A stretch of DNA of 64,000 bases from Octopus sinensis (taxonomy: Eukaryota). This document shows, one piece after another, positions 61,586 through 64,000 of this stretch (within the stretch, counting starts at the first letter, position 1; the number at the start of each line of letters is the position of its first letter). Position numbers and translations under genes: made by a program. The stretch lies in contig NW_021834792.1 in assembly GCF_006345805.1 (NCBI RefSeq), forward strand, positions 1 to 64,000, given 5' to 3'. The notes under the pieces are model-generated. The model saw nothing but the letters and a program-made list of their open reading frames with translations. It was not told the DNA's origin and did not search any database.

Positions 61586-62010
61586 AGTCGACCTCGGCAG
61601 AATTTGATCTGCTAAGTATTTTCTTCGACGGACTAACGAATCTGCCAGCTCGCCGCCTTTAATCTCTTTATAATTAACTGGTATCTATTTTTATCGATCC
61701 CAAAATGATGAAATGAAAAAAACTGATCTCTGCAGAATTTTATCTCAGGACGGAAAAACGGAAGGAATGCTGTCGGAGCATTTTATCCGACGCCCCCAAA
61801 TAACTCAACCAGCAAGCCACCTTAAATCTCTATATGATAATAGTCGATTACATCGACCCCTGTGCTCACCTGGTACTTATTTTTATCGATCCGGAAGGGA
61901 TGAAAGGCAAAGTCGACCTCGGCAGAATTTTATCTCAGAAGTAAAAGATGGAAAAATGCTGCAAATCATTTTATCCGACAACCCCTGACCATTCTGCCAA
62001 CACTCCATGT
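61585..62010 (-). mobile_element. Degenerate SINE family A copies
   Basis: gtcgacctcggcagaatttg repeated; ctgccagctcgccgcc head. Confidence 0.78.
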
Positions 62011-62984
62011 TTAAACTCTGTATGGTAATAGTCGATATAAATGTTTGTTGGTTGGTTGGTTGGTTTGTTGGTATGTTGATTTCTTATATGAGGGGTAACA
62101 CTCTATTCTATAACAAAGGACACATTACATTGGTGGCAAAACTTTACTTCCAAAGTTGTTTGTCATGACGGATGACTTCGAAAGTTACCTGTAATAAAGA
62201 AGGACATACTGAATTATATAGTGTTAGATCAGCTGTCTGTTATAAAGTGCAAGAAATTAATGCACGAAACACATTTAACCATAGGACTTCCGGAACATTG
62301 TTGACAAAGATTATACAACATCAGGCATATATATTATCATAATTGCTTCTTTCTTTCGATTAAGAATGACAACTTTTATAGCTCGTACAATGCAAATTCT
62401 TGTGTTCATCAGCTGACCTACGTAGGAGCAAAGAGCTAGAGGCACGCTGGTTGATTAATGACTTGAATCACGTGGTGTCTTCTTTAATGAGTTTTCGTTG
62501 AAAACGTAGGAAATCTTGGTTTCTCTAATCCTCATTGAAAATCTATGCAGTTTCATATATTTTGATTAAAGAGCAACGTATGACTTCTTTCACCACCGTA
62601 CGCAGTTTATAAAGATCGCTTGTCATTCTAATAGCAGAATCAATAGTTAATATATGGAGTAATGTTTAGGCCTAGATGTATATGCATAAATATTCATATA
62701 TACATACAAAGATGAATTGCACATACGCGCAAACCATATATAGGGTGGGAAAACGCAGATAATGTTATTCAACTGTTATTATGTAAAGCGGTCTATTGCT
62801 GTGATAAAAATAAGCGATATACATATAGGTATATGTGTGTGCACGCATGCGCTTGTGTGAATGTGTTTGCGTGAACATACACACACGCACACACACACGC
62901 ACACACGCACATACACACACACATATATATATATACATATATATGTATATATATATCAACATACATTTATATATATATTTATTT

Positions 62985-63019
<35 letters not shown>

Positions 63020-63219
63020 ACATATATGTACATATATACATGTGTGTGTGTAGTTTATTTAAGTTGGCCCAGTGATCTATTGCTTTAGACCATATTAAAT
63101 AAACTATTATACACCAATACTCATGCTGATCGATACTCAGCGAAGCACACTCACACATAAATCTCTCTCTTTCTCTCTCAATCTCTTCCTCTGTCTCCCT
63201 CTCACTTTTTTCTCTCTCT

Positions 63220-63230
63220 CTTTCAATATA

Positions 63231-63263
<33 letters not shown>

Positions 63264-63268
63264 GTATA

Positions 63269-63328
<60 letters not shown>

Positions 63329-63514
63329 CTGTGAGGCAAATTATAGCAATCATTTTATGGATTTCTTTCAGAAGAATGTGGCGAACAGAATTTGTCACAT
63401 AGTACTCAGCAAGAGAACGAATGCACAGATCACTGAGTACAGTCACTCAGGAAGTCGTCAGCGCTAAGACATTTAAGTTCCTGTTTACCTGATATATTAT
63501 AAACATATGTCTGA

Positions 63515-63597
<83 letters not shown>

Positions 63598-63900
63598 TAT
63601 GTGTGCATATATATATATGCACACATATGTATATACATATATTATGTATACATATATATATATATATGTATACATATGTATTTACATGTATATTATGTAT
63701 ACATACATATATATGTATACCTATGTATATATATATATATATATATGTATACATATGTATATATATATATATGTATATATATGTATATATATATATATAT
63801 ATATACACATATATATATATACATACATATGTATATACCTATATATGAACATATATATATATATATATGTATGGACTTATATGTATATATACACACGTGT
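63220..63900. repeat. (TA)n/(TATG)n microsatellite field around a unique island (~63325-63505)
   Basis: Directly visible. Confidence 0.92.
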
Positions 63901-64000
63901 GCTTATCCGTGTATATTAATTTGTGAGTGTGGTCGGTGTGTAAGAGAGTTTGTATATGTGTGTATGTGTGTGTGTTTGTTTAAATATCACACACAAATAT

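Overview
This is repeat-saturated, AT-rich eukaryotic DNA. Its SINE families and extreme microsatellite load point to an Octopus genome, either intergenic or inside a very long intron. I found no host protein-coding exon that I can support, and nearly every ORF in the track is a microsatellite artefact. The window holds compound microsatellites, four tRNA-derived SINE families (one forming 184-bp internal tandem multimers) and decayed LINE fragments (R4/Dong, L1/Tx1, CR1, RTE). It also holds Penelope-like remnants, a rearranged mariner, several MITEs, Helitron-like ends and two minisatellites. The most notable observations are: (1) hammerhead-ribozyme folds in three unrelated repeat families, including a canonical-core minimal type I hammerhead at 28700-28755; (2) minus-strand acceptor|donor junctions resembling recursive splice sites at 31381/31382 and 62188/62189; (3) short templated insertions copied from nearby DNA into repeats; (4) R4-type elements that appear to sit in (TACA)n tracts; (5) a few non-repetitive islands with dense transcription-factor motifs or hairpins. 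TE boundaries are approximate unless a TSD or TIR is quoted. All family assignments come from motif recognition by eye, not from database searches.
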